DNA of 64,000 nt from Pyrinomonadaceae bacterium (GTDB lineage Bacteria; Acidobacteriota; Blastocatellia; Pyrinomonadales; Pyrinomonadaceae): positions 826-64,825 of the forward strand of contig DATLMN010000065.1 in assembly GCA_035537255.1 (NCBI GenBank). Direction: 5' to 3'. The translations under genes and the position numbers were made by a program. The notes under the pieces were generated by a model. The model worked only from the letters and a program-made list of their open reading frames with translations. It did no database searches and was not told where the DNA came from. Positions 17,238 through 27,240 of this stretch are shown here, in pieces (position 1 is the stretch's first letter; each line of letters begins with the position of its first letter).

Positions 17238-17657
17238 ATGTCTGACACGGAGCGCGTGCGCGAGACCAACGACCGTTTCTATGCGGCGATGAATTCGCTG
17301 GACATCAGCGAGATGGACGAAGTGTGGATGGACGACACTGCGGCCGTCTGCGTGCATCCGGGCCGCGAAGCCATCCTCGGCTACGAGCGCATACGCGAAA
17401 GCTGGCTGATGATCTTTGCCGCGACAGACTCTATGATGATCGCCTCGACCAACGAGCTTGTAACGGTCGCGGGCGACATTGCCTGGGTCGCCTGTACCGA
17501 GACCATTTCGATCATGACGGACGAAGGGCTGGCGGCCGCCGCCGCGCAGGCCACAAACATCTTTCGTCGCCGTAATGATGGCTGGCGCATGATCCTGCAT
17601 CATGCCTCGCCAGTGCCTTTGACCACGCAAGACGAATGGCCCGATGTGATTAATTGA
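17238..17657 (+). CDS. SnoaL-like / NTF2-fold protein
   Basis: 139 aa with ..NDRFYAAMNSLDISEMDEVW..GWRMILHHAS, typical of DUF4440/SnoaL-like small proteins. Confidence 0.65.
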   Translation: MSDTERVRETNDRFYAAMNSLDISEMDEVWMDDTAAVCVHPGREAILGYERIRESWLMIFAATDSMMIASTNELVTVAGDIAWVACTETISIMTDEGLAAAAAQATNIFRRRNDGWRMILHHASPVPLTTQDEWPDVIN

Positions 17658-17680
17658 GGAATACAGGAAAGAACCACGAA

Positions 17681-17757
17681 AAAAAGCAGATGTCAGATGT
17701 CAGATGCTGGATGCTAGTCAAAGCATTTCTCTAACATCTAACATCCGGCATCTGCTC
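17681..17757. repeat. Heptamer-arm inverted repeat, family G
   Basis: GCAGATG TCAGATG TCAGATG CTGGATG CTAG ... CTAACAT CTAACAT CCGGCAT CTGC. Lies between two convergent genes. Confidence 0.9.
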
Positions 17758-17758
17758 T

Positions 17759-18418
17759 TTATTGTTGCTTGCAGGGCGTGACGGCAGTAGTTGATGTTTG
17801 GGGTTGTTGCAGGAAGGCTGCCGGCTTGGCGTCTAATCCAAGACGCTCGCGTATAAACTTCTCGACATCGGCTTCGATCAGCTCGCCGTTGACGACCCAG
17901 GCCGATTCCGTCAACACGTCGCCTGTCTTTTTCAATTTCGACGGCTCAAGAAAGATGTTCCAGGGCGAGCCCCAGCGGCGCGTATCTCCCGCCAGTTGTC
18001 GATAACCGTAATGCGTCGTCTTGTCGCGATCTTCGCGCGCTTCGGATTCCGTCACCACGGTATAGGGCGCGCCCGCTTCGCCGAAGTATGCGCGCGCATC
18101 TGCGGCGGTAGCGTACTCGCTGACGGCGACGACATCCAAGCCCTGCGCCCTGTACTTCTCATAGAGGCGTGCGGCCACCGGCGCTTCGTTGCGCCAGTTG
18201 GGACACCACGGCGCGAAATAGACGACCATCACTAGACGCTTGCCCTGCACGAGCGAGCGCAGGTTGACGGGCGAGCCGTCCTTCACACTCTTATACGTCC
18301 AGTCCTTGTAGTTAACCGTCTTCTCTACGAGCGGCGAGTATTCATGACCGTCCTGCGCGCTTGCCGACACGGGCGCGAGCGCGAATATAAGAGCGACGAA
18401 GAAAAAAAGTCTGCGCAT
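17759..18418 (-). CDS. Secreted thioredoxin-fold protein with monothiol WCPNW motif
   Basis: Signal peptide MRRLFFFVALIFALAPVSASA. Redoxin-like VMVVYFAPWCPNWRNEAP, where the second Cys of CxxC is replaced by Trp. Confidence 0.7.
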   Translation of the reverse strand: MRRLFFFVALIFALAPVSASAQDGHEYSPLVEKTVNYKDWTYKSVKDGSPVNLRSLVQGKRLVMVVYFAPWCPNWRNEAPVAARLYEKYRAQGLDVVAVSEYATAADARAYFGEAGAPYTVVTESEAREDRDKTTHYGYRQLAGDTRRWGSPWNIFLEPSKLKKTGDVLTESAWVVNGELIEADVEKFIRERLGLDAKPAAFLQQPQTSTTAVTPCKQQ

Positions 18419-18434
18419 TGATACTACTCCAAGA

Positions 18435-18501
18435 TAGTTTTCAGTTTTCAGTAATCAGTTTTCAGTTAAAACAAAAAGCTGAAAACTCAAAACTGAAAAC
18501 T
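18435..18501. repeat. Heptamer-arm inverted repeat, family B copy 2
   Basis: AGTTTTC AGTTTTC AGTAATC AGTTTTC ... GCTGAAAACTCAAAACTGAAAACT. Lies between the CcdA-Trx stop and the Trx-like gene start. Confidence 0.9.
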
Positions 18502-18503
18502 GT

Positions 18504-19742
18504 TCATTGATTCCTCGCTGTGACCGGCGTTTCGTCTAGCAGCGGCTTGATGGCGTCTTCAAAGACTTTGCGGCCGCGCGCGCCGATGATCTTCTGTCGA
18601 ATGCGACCTTCGCGGTCGATGATATAAGTCGTCGGCAAAGAGGGAATACCGCCGAACAGAGATTGCACGCCCTCGCCGTTCATCAGGATCGTGTAGTCCT
18701 GCGGCAGCTCCTGCTGAAATTCCCTGACGCCCTCCTCTGTGTCGTCCCAGGAAACGCCGATGATCGTCAATCCCTGATCTTTTAAATCCTTCTGCATAGC
18801 GTTCAGCTCTGGAATCTCTGCGCGACAGGGGCCGCACCATGTGGCCCAGAAGTTGAGCATCACGACGCGCCCGCGCAGCTCGCTCAAGTGAAACTGCTGG
18901 CCTTCGAGCTTGTTCAAAGCGAAGTCCGGGGCGGGCGCAAACGTGCTGTTCGCGGGCGCGGGCGGCGCGTTTGCTTCAAGAGGCGCTGGCGGTTCAAACT
19001 TTATGTAGGATTCCAGATTAGGTATAAATTTTGCGATTACGCTCGCCATTCGAGTTGTATAGTTGGCGGCCACCACGATGCCGATCATAATCAGCATCAC
19101 GCCGGAGAAAACCTCAACCTTGTGCAGGTGCTTGCGAAACTTTGAGTAGAAGCCCAGGAAACGATTGATGCCGAGTCCCGTCAAGAGAAACGGCAGCGCC
19201 AGACCCGCCGCGTAGAAAGAAGAGAGCATGAGGCCGCTCTTCCATCCACCGCTTGTCGCCGCCAGGCCAATGATGCCGCCCAGGATTGGGCCAATGCACG
19301 GCGTCCATCCGGCGGCAAAGGCCATCCCCAGGGTCAGCGACCCGAGCATCCCGCGCGGCTTCTGCTGCGAAAAGAAACGCGTGTCTTTGTAAAGCGCGCC
19401 GATCTTCAGGACGCCGATCAATTGTAAACCAAATCCGATGATGATCAGCCCGCCCGCGATGCGCAACCATTGATTGGCGAGAACCGCAGAGCCAATCAAT
19501 CCGGCGAGCGCTCCTAAAGAGATGAAGATCATCGAAAGCCCCGCGTTGAAGGCGAGCGAGTTTAAGATCACTGCGCGCCGAGCACCCGCGCGCGAGCCGT
19601 CTTCACCTTTCAGGCGGTCAATGCTCACGCCGGAAATCAGCGAGATATAGCCTGGGACGAGCGGCAGCACGCAGGGCGAGATAAACGAAGCGACGCCCGC
19701 GATGAAAGCAATCGGAATGATGGAGATGTAAGAACTATCCAT
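18504..19742 (-). CDS. CcdA/DsbD-type transmembrane thiol-disulfide transporter fused to a C-terminal TlpA-like thioredoxin domain
   Basis: N-terminal FISPCVLPLVPGYISL and ..GWTPCIGPILG (the two CcdA Cys motifs) in a polytopic domain. The C-terminal domain has LNFWATWCGPCRAEIPEL. Confidence 0.85.
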   Translation of the reverse strand: MDSSYISIIPIAFIAGVASFISPCVLPLVPGYISLISGVSIDRLKGEDGSRAGARRAVILNSLAFNAGLSMIFISLGALAGLIGSAVLANQWLRIAGGLIIIGFGLQLIGVLKIGALYKDTRFFSQQKPRGMLGSLTLGMAFAAGWTPCIGPILGGIIGLAATSGGWKSGLMLSSFYAAGLALPFLLTGLGINRFLGFYSKFRKHLHKVEVFSGVMLIMIGIVVAANYTTRMASVIAKFIPNLESYIKFEPPAPLEANAPPAPANSTFAPAPDFALNKLEGQQFHLSELRGRVVMLNFWATWCGPCRAEIPELNAMQKDLKDQGLTIIGVSWDDTEEGVREFQQELPQDYTILMNGEGVQSLFGGIPSLPTTYIIDREGRIRQKIIGARGRKVFEDAIKPLLDETPVTARNQ

Positions 19743-19880
19743 AATTTTTAAGGAAGCTCAGCTGCTTTTTAATCCTCGCGCTGCTGGCCGGAAGATTCTT
19801 CCACACGTTCCGTGGCCGTGCGGCCGAACCCTTGCCCCCACCTTGGAAGATACGACCGACAGTATAGCAAAGGTTTCGTC

Positions 19881-20405
19881 TCAAGGCGGAGGCGCGAGCG
19901 CCTCTCTGGCACTCAGCCGCTTAGCCCCAGACCTTCTCCACAACGCGACATTTAAATAGATGCCCGACAAAGCGGACAAACAGGAGAGCGCCGACATTAA
20001 TATGAGCAGGTAAACCTGCCACGCTCCGGCGAAGAAATAGAAATGCGCCTGGCGAAAATAGCGCGTCATCCATCCGGGCGGCGGCGTCTGAATAACCGCG
20101 CCGGTCTCCGCATCGATCAGCAGCGAATCCGCGCCCATCCCACCCACGGCCTGATACACTGGCCGCCCGTCGCGCACCAGCAGCGTCAGCGCCGTCGTCG
20201 GCAACTCTCTTCCGGCGTACTCGTTGGCGCGCCTGATCGCCTCCACCGTCGTGATGCGGACACGCGCCGCATCTATCTTCTCAACCTTCCCGCCCTCGAC
20301 AGCGCCCGGCCATGCGTACAGCAACCCGCTCGAAGCCCAGGCCAGAACGGGCAAGGCCACAATAATTCCCAACCACGTATGCGCACGATAAATAAGAGAT
20401 CGCAT
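19881..20405 (-). CDS. PepSY-domain membrane protein
   Basis: N-terminal YRAHTWLGIIVALPVLAWASSG (PepSY-associated TM helix style), a central PepSY-like segment and a C-terminal TM helix. Confidence 0.5.
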   Translation of the reverse strand: MRSLIYRAHTWLGIIVALPVLAWASSGLLYAWPGAVEGGKVEKIDAARVRITTVEAIRRANEYAGRELPTTALTLLVRDGRPVYQAVGGMGADSLLIDAETGAVIQTPPPGWMTRYFRQAHFYFFAGAWQVYLLILMSALSCLSALSGIYLNVALWRRSGAKRLSAREALAPPP

Positions 20406-20581
20406 AAAGAGAGTGACGAGCGATGTGTGGCAAGTAGAGCGCGAAAGCGTACCCTTTCAAATACCGCCTGACAATAAGAGCATAAACTCCGGCGTTCCTC
20501 ATTAAAGGAATGATAGTTGTTTTACCGAAGCGCCTGCCACAATTTTTGGATTATCACGATGGTCAACGTTCAGCTCGATTT

Positions 20582-21589
20582 TCAGGGCGTCTGCTCAGGA
20601 GCTTTCTCTGGCGGCTTATTCTGCTGCTCAATCTCCTGCCATGGAATTTTATTGGGGGCCTCGTTGGTTTTATGGCCATAGAAAAGTCCCATCACATGTT
20701 TGTCATACTCCTTCTCGGCCTCTGCCACTCCCCACGCGCCCTCCCGGCACAGGAACAATACCAGACCGCTCAGAAGGACGAGAATAATAAAACGGGTCGC
20801 GAAAGTCTTCCAATTATCGGTGACAGGCCCCACCGACTCTGTTTGAGCGCTACCCTCGGAAGTTGCGTCGATGACACTAGCACTATCTTCAGAAGTTGGG
20901 TCAGTAACTTTATCGCCACCCTCGGAAGTTGCCTCGGCAACTCTAAGGGTTCTGGCTTTTATCCACCTGAAAAGAGCCTCCAGCCCTGCCAAAGCGGTGA
21001 GCAGTAGAAGAGTACCCAGCAGAAATAGCCCGTTAAAGACGGCTCCGCGCAGCACTACTATTCGACTATGCAGCGGCATGAGGACTTCATGGCCCTTGGG
21101 CGAATTGAAGACCTTATACTTCTGAAAATTATAGATCGAATGATAGCCCTTCGTTACTTCTTCCATTACTTCTTCCGTCGGTTTTGGCCCAGCCAACTTT
21201 ACCTTTCTTTCGATCTCCTTAATATCCGGCAGGCCGGGGAAGTCCTTCGGGTCTAACTTATAAAATTTGTCCTTGTAATACGCCTTCATCATCACATCAG
21301 TCCGTATTTCGCCATCTGCCTTTATTTCTACGCCTGAAATATTACGGCTCTCGTTAAAGAGCTTATCCGCGAGAGGAAAAATCACTGTGCCCAGGCAATA
21401 AGCTAAGCCCAGTATGAATGTGCCGATCAGGGCAAAGGGCTGCTCGTTGTTCTTCAGGAAGCCCCGCACTTTGTTAAAGAGATTCTTCCTTGTAAATAAA
21501 TAGTAGAGAATATAAGCAAGGATAAGCAGCCAGGGAATAGCCATCAGGCCAACGACGACTGTTTCGAATGCCAGCTTAATATCTTCCAT
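20582..21589 (-). CDS. Hypothetical polytopic membrane protein (AT-richer gene)
   Basis: ATG at 21589 is preceded by AGGAG. About 4 predicted TM helices and an acidic TSE(G/D)-repeat segment. No recognisable family. Confidence 0.55.
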   Translation of the reverse strand: MEDIKLAFETVVVGLMAIPWLLILAYILYYLFTRKNLFNKVRGFLKNNEQPFALIGTFILGLAYCLGTVIFPLADKLFNESRNISGVEIKADGEIRTDVMMKAYYKDKFYKLDPKDFPGLPDIKEIERKVKLAGPKPTEEVMEEVTKGYHSIYNFQKYKVFNSPKGHEVLMPLHSRIVVLRGAVFNGLFLLGTLLLLTALAGLEALFRWIKARTLRVAEATSEGGDKVTDPTSEDSASVIDATSEGSAQTESVGPVTDNWKTFATRFIILVLLSGLVLFLCREGAWGVAEAEKEYDKHVMGLFYGHKTNEAPNKIPWQEIEQQNKPPEKAPEQTP

Positions 21590-21872
21590 GATTTTCTCCT
21601 GATGCGGCGTGAGTCCTTCGGCGGACACTTGCGGATACAATCCCAGAGCCCAAAGACAGTTGAAAAACCATCTCCGTTACCAACTCTCTTCAACAGAGCG
21701 ACTGCGCGAGGAGCGTATGAGCAGCCCGGAAGAGTTCTATAATTATATGACTGAAGCTTTAGTTACGTTTCAAATGATTGAATGTCTGTTTTTAGACGCG
21801 AGAGTCCGTAGAAGTGGTCAGCCGTTATAAGATGAGTTCGGGCGATCAGCTTAATTGATCGCCCCGCGCCCT

Positions 21873-23333
21873 TTACTGCTCTTGAATCAGTTTCTCAAGC
21901 ATGGCGGCAACCTCATGCGCCGTGCCCTGATCTCCGCCGGTGTCTATGAAGCGGACGATGCCGCGACGGTCTATCAGCACGGCGGTCGGAATACCCATCA
22001 CGCCGTAGTTGAGCATGTTGTCCTCGTTGGCGGCAATCGCGATGCCGTAGGGCAGAGCGTGCTCTTTCTTGAATTTCTCGACGAAGGTCACCTCTTCGGG
22101 CTGACTCACCGCGCGACCGGCGGCCGTGCCGTAGTACTGCGTCATGCCGACGATGACCAATCCCTTGTCCTTATATTTCTCGTACCAGGCTTTGAGATGC
22201 GGGAAGGCTATGATGCAAGGGCCGCACCAGGTGGCCCAGAAATCCAGAAGCACTACACGCCCGCGAAGCTCGGAGATTTTCAGCGGCTGCTGGTCTATCC
22301 ACCTAACAATAGTAATCTCCGGCGCGACTTCGCCCTGAACGCGTAGCTGGCGCTTCTTGCGCCCCAGACTGTAGAGAAGATTGCGCTGTGTGGCCGCGTC
22401 CTTTACCTTCGCGTTGACGAAGGCAATGGATTCGTCAATCATCTTCATCGCTTCGGGTTTGCGCCCGCTCTCGATCAGAATTTCAGAGAGCTTCGCGGTG
22501 GTGTCAGCATAAAGGCGCACGGACTGTGAAAGGAGCGCCGCACTGCGAATCTCTTCCAGGACAGCAATCGCTTCGTCCGTTCTCTTCTTTTCAGCATAGA
22601 TGTCTGCGAGCAGAGTCCCCGCCGTATAGAGCGAGAAGTCGCGCGCCGTTGGGTTCGACGCGAGCGGCTTGACCAGCTTGGCGGCTTTGAATGCTTCTTC
22701 GGCGTGAGACGTGGCGCGCTCTGTCTGTCCAGCTTTGCGGTAAGCCGTGGTCAGCGATTTTTCGATGGCGACTCTCTCACTTGGCTTCTGCGGCTCGTGC
22801 GCGACGTAGGCGGCGAGCGCGCTCTCTGCATCCTCAAGACGATCCGTGCGGGCGGCGCGTTGCGCGACGATGTAGCGCGCGCCCTGCGCCTTCTCGCCCG
22901 ACGGAGCGGGGTCTGCGGCCAGATATTTTTTCAGTGCGTCGAGCGTCCCTTCAGCATTGTCCGCCATGTTGTGCAGCATTCCCAGAAAGTAAAAGTCTTC
23001 GCCCGCGAGAGCGGCGCGTGTTTGAAGCTGCGCGGCGTAACGCGCGGCCATCTCGCGCTGCTCCTGCAAAGTCTTCTCCAACAGCTTCGGATCGAAAGGC
23101 ACTTTCTTATCGGAGAACTCTTTAAACTTGTTCTGCGCGTAGTTGGCCGCCTCTTCAAAAAGAGCAGAGGCCGCGCGGCCATCCGGGTTCGTGGCAGTCG
23201 TCGTTTTAGCCGCAGACGTTTTGACCTCGTTTCCCGCCTGCGCGTAGATACCTGCGGGGCGCAGCGACGCCGCTCCCGTCAAGAGCAACATGAAAGCAAG
23301 ACTGATCGACCTAAAGCTGATAGACTTTTTCAT
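21873..23333 (-). CDS. Secreted TPR-like domain protein fused to a TlpA/ResA-type thioredoxin
   Basis: Signal peptide. Helical repeat region of ~330 aa. C-terminal VVLLDFWATWCGPCIIAFPHL. Confidence 0.8.
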   Translation of the reverse strand: MKKSISFRSISLAFMLLLTGAASLRPAGIYAQAGNEVKTSAAKTTTATNPDGRAASALFEEAANYAQNKFKEFSDKKVPFDPKLLEKTLQEQREMAARYAAQLQTRAALAGEDFYFLGMLHNMADNAEGTLDALKKYLAADPAPSGEKAQGARYIVAQRAARTDRLEDAESALAAYVAHEPQKPSERVAIEKSLTTAYRKAGQTERATSHAEEAFKAAKLVKPLASNPTARDFSLYTAGTLLADIYAEKKRTDEAIAVLEEIRSAALLSQSVRLYADTTAKLSEILIESGRKPEAMKMIDESIAFVNAKVKDAATQRNLLYSLGRKKRQLRVQGEVAPEITIVRWIDQQPLKISELRGRVVLLDFWATWCGPCIIAFPHLKAWYEKYKDKGLVIVGMTQYYGTAAGRAVSQPEEVTFVEKFKKEHALPYGIAIAANEDNMLNYGVMGIPTAVLIDRRGIVRFIDTGGDQGTAHEVAAMLEKLIQEQ

Positions 23334-23361
23334 CCTTCGAATTTTTTCCTTAAGTCCTTAA

Positions 23362-24555
23362 TTAACCTGAAACGGCGACGCTCTGTTGGAAACGCTCCGG
23401 CGTAAATGGTTCGAGCAATCTTGGACGCACGCCGGTCGTGATCTCCAACGCAAGCAGCTCGCCCGTAATGGGCGCAAGCAAGATACCGTTGCGATAATGG
23501 CCGGTCGCGTAATAGAGCCCGGGGGTCTCCGCGCAGCCGCCAATCACAGGCCACTCGTCCGAGCCGACAGCGCGCGGACGCAAGCCCGCCCAGGCATCCA
23601 ATAACGGCAGCCCTTCGACGAGCGGCGCAATCTCTAACGCGTGTCGTGTGATTGCATGGATGCCTCCGCCCGTGACGCGCTTTTCAAAACCGGCGCGCTC
23701 CGTGGTCGAACCCGCGAGCAAGCGTCCATCCATACGCGGAACCAGATAACCGCGCGGGCTGTAGACGACGTGGCGGAAGGGACGCGCCTCTGTCTCAAAG
23801 CAGAGCATCTGTCCCCGCACAGGCTCGACGCGAAGCAGTGGCGGAGCAGTAGCAGCAACAGAACTGCTGTCTCCCGTCGTTTGAATAAAAGAGACCCAAG
23901 CGCCAGCCGCGACGATGACTATGGGTGTGCTTATCGTCCCGCGCGAGGTGTGAACGCCGGTGACGCGCCCGGCGCTCGTCAATACTGATTCGACGTTTGT
24001 ACCCGTCAGCAAGCGCACTCCGCTTAGCTCTGCGAAGCGAGCGAGCGCGGCTACAAGAAGACGATTCTCTACCTGCGCGTCCTGCGGAAAACGTAGCGCA
24101 CGGCTCGCGTGTGGCGATAAGCCAGGCTCTAAACGGCGCGCCTCTTCAACGCTCAACTCTTCGACGGCGAGCCCGGCGCTTCTTTGCCAACGATAGCGCG
24201 CCTCCATCTCACGCTCGTCCTCTTCCGTAAAGCCGAGGTAAAGCGTGCCCGTTCTTTCAAGCTCGATGTCTATGCCGGTCTCTTCCAGAAGCTCTGCGGC
24301 CAAGGTTGAATAGAGAGAGCGACTCGCCAGCGCCAGCTCAAGAAAAGCGTCCGCGCTGTCGGCTTCAACCTGAGCGGCGAGCATTCCGGCAGCCGCCGAT
24401 GAAGCCTCAGCGCCGGGACGCTCACGCTCAATCAAAACTATGCGCTTTACACCGCGACGCGCGAGCGAGCGTGCCACGATCAGTCCGATCACGCCGCCGC
24501 CGATAATGATGGCGTCCGCCGTCTCCCTCGCCTCTGTTGATTCCTGATCTCGCAT
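23362..24555 (-). CDS. thiO: FAD-dependent glycine oxidase-like oxidoreductase (ThiO/DAO family)
   Basis: DAIIIGGGVIGLIVARSLARRG dinucleotide fold, and C-terminal ..TGHYRNGILLAPITGE typical of ThiO. The start is uncertain (ATG 24555 or GTG 24588). Confidence 0.65.
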   Translation of the reverse strand: MRDQESTEARETADAIIIGGGVIGLIVARSLARRGVKRIVLIERERPGAEASSAAAGMLAAQVEADSADAFLELALASRSLYSTLAAELLEETGIDIELERTGTLYLGFTEEDEREMEARYRWQRSAGLAVEELSVEEARRLEPGLSPHASRALRFPQDAQVENRLLVAALARFAELSGVRLLTGTNVESVLTSAGRVTGVHTSRGTISTPIVIVAAGAWVSFIQTTGDSSSVAATAPPLLRVEPVRGQMLCFETEARPFRHVVYSPRGYLVPRMDGRLLAGSTTERAGFEKRVTGGGIHAITRHALEIAPLVEGLPLLDAWAGLRPRAVGSDEWPVIGGCAETPGLYYATGHYRNGILLAPITGELLALEITTGVRPRLLEPFTPERFQQSVAVSG

Positions 24556-24587
24556 TGATACGGAGTTGCTGGTATGATTGCGAACCA

Positions 24588-24709
24588 CAGAAGTCAGAAA
24601 TCAGGACTCAGAATTCAGAATAGAGGCGCGGCAGGTGCTTCTTACCTTGAACTATGATTCCTGAACGACGCTCTTCTACTGACTCCTGAATTCTGAGTCC
24701 TGAGTCCTA
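24588..24709. repeat. Heptamer-arm inverted repeat, family F
   Basis: TCAGAAA TCAGGAC TCAGAAT TCAGAAT ... CTACTGA CTCCTGA ATTCTGA GTCCTGA GTCCT. Lies in the divergent gap between thiO-like and IDH. Confidence 0.9.
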
Positions 24710-24713
24710 TCTT

Positions 24714-25715
<1,002 letters not shown>

Positions 25716-25720
25716 TTAGC

Positions 25721-25937
25721 AAGCCCCTGCAAGGGCTAAAGAATGTAGCCCACGGCGTCAGCCGTGGGGGACAAGTGTCATACAGAGAGTGAGAGCCCCG
25801 AAGGGGCGAAAGAGATTCGTGTTTGAGATTTACTCAACACGGATTTCTGTCGCCCCTCCGGGGCTCTGAATTTTGTTTAGCCGTGTGCCCATGACTTACG
25901 TCATGGTCTACATTACGCTCGCCCTTTGCAGAGGCTT
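25721..25937. repeat. MITE-like multi-hairpin element R, copy 2
   Basis: Collinear with copy 1 with only scattered substitutions (roughly 95% identity by eye, not computed). Confidence 0.9.
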
Positions 25938-25950
25938 TTCATACTTTTAC

Positions 25951-27228
25951 TTAAGCCGTGGGTTTCGCGCGTAAGACCCAGATACTGCGACGGTCATTCG
26001 CGCTTGTGATGTAGCCTATGAAGAGTTGATCGCCCGTCAAGGCTGCCGAAGGCAACTCCGCGCTCGTCGCAAGCGGAGCGTTTTCTTTACCTTCAGTGGC
26101 GAGCGGTGCGGCCATCAAGCGCGGAGTGCCGCCGTCGTTGTTTCCCCAGACTGCTAACAGTTTGCCCGCCTCGTTCGACAGCAAGAGCGGATTGCCGAAT
26201 GCCTGTCCGCCGGCGAAAAGCTTTCTCTCCGAAAAAGTCTTTCCCTGATCGCGCGACTCTGCCCAGTAGAGTCCGGTCGTGCCGCGCTCGCCCTCCGTGT
26301 ACCACATGACGCTCAGCGTGCCGTCGCTCGCAACCGACAACGCAGGGCCTGAGACTGGACATCCGGCGATCAACCATTTGTCATCGCTGACGATCACTGG
26401 ATTGGAATACGTCGCGCCGCTGTCCGCCGATGAAGCGATGGCGATGTGACGATACTCGCCCGGCAGCACCTGCCGCCAACCGATATAGACACGACCGTCA
26501 GCGCCCATCGCGACAGAAGTCTTGCAGCACGGACAGGCTTCACCCGCGATGCGTTGATTTTTAGAGAACGAGCGCCCGCCGTCCGTCGAGAAGGCCGTAA
26601 AGACCTCTTTGTTCTGTTCCATCTGCTCCATCTTTTTCCCGCCCGCCGCGTGTTGCTCGGCAGCCGGTTTGAGATTGCGCTCGTCCAGCCACGCCAGATG
26701 AATACGACCATCCTGACTCACGGCGAGCGAATGCATACCATGCTCTCCAGGCTTCTCGTCATCGTTGACTTTAGTGGGCGGCGCAAAGGAGCGTCCGCCA
26801 TCACGTGAGGCCGAGAGATAAAGAATGCTCGCGTGTGCCTTCGTCGCGTCGCGCGCGGCCCAACCGACATAGACAGTTCCGTCGGCTGCGACAGAGAGCG
26901 TCGGCGCATCACCGCGCCAGGCCGTGGCTTCGCCCGCATTCGGATTGACGCGCACAGGCTCGCCCATAGGCTTTCCTTCGCGGTCGATCTGCGCGACCAT
27001 CACGTCCGCTTCCTTTTTGGGACGATGCTCGACCCACGTGACAAAGGCCGTGCCCTGCGGGCCTGCCGCGACCGCAGGCTCTGCCGAATCTGCATTCTCA
27101 AGAGAGATGCGCACAGGCTCGGCCAGCTTTGCGACCGCCGCCGAGTCTCTACTGAAATACCGCGTGCAAGAAGCGGACGTGAGCCCGAGTAACACGACGC
27201 ATGCGAGGATCGCTTTTATTCTTGTCAT
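25951..27228 (-). CDS. BNR/Asp-box repeat beta-propeller (sialidase-like fold) protein
   Basis: Signal or lipoprotein-like N-terminus. Four Asp-boxes (SRDGGRSF, STDGGRSF, SADSGATY, SRDQGKTF). Confidence 0.7.
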   Translation of the reverse strand: MTRIKAILACVVLLGLTSASCTRYFSRDSAAVAKLAEPVRISLENADSAEPAVAAGPQGTAFVTWVEHRPKKEADVMVAQIDREGKPMGEPVRVNPNAGEATAWRGDAPTLSVAADGTVYVGWAARDATKAHASILYLSASRDGGRSFAPPTKVNDDEKPGEHGMHSLAVSQDGRIHLAWLDERNLKPAAEQHAAGGKKMEQMEQNKEVFTAFSTDGGRSFSKNQRIAGEACPCCKTSVAMGADGRVYIGWRQVLPGEYRHIAIASSADSGATYSNPVIVSDDKWLIAGCPVSGPALSVASDGTLSVMWYTEGERGTTGLYWAESRDQGKTFSERKLFAGGQAFGNPLLLSNEAGKLLAVWGNNDGGTPRLMAAPLATEGKENAPLATSAELPSAALTGDQLFIGYITSANDRRSIWVLRAKPTA

Positions 27229-27240
27229 TAAACTTCTCCC

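Noticed and set aside
24556-24713. A TPP riboswitch upstream of the thiO-like gene.
   Set aside because: The region is fully accounted for by palindromic repeat F, and no CTGAGA/ACCTGA THI-box elements are visible.
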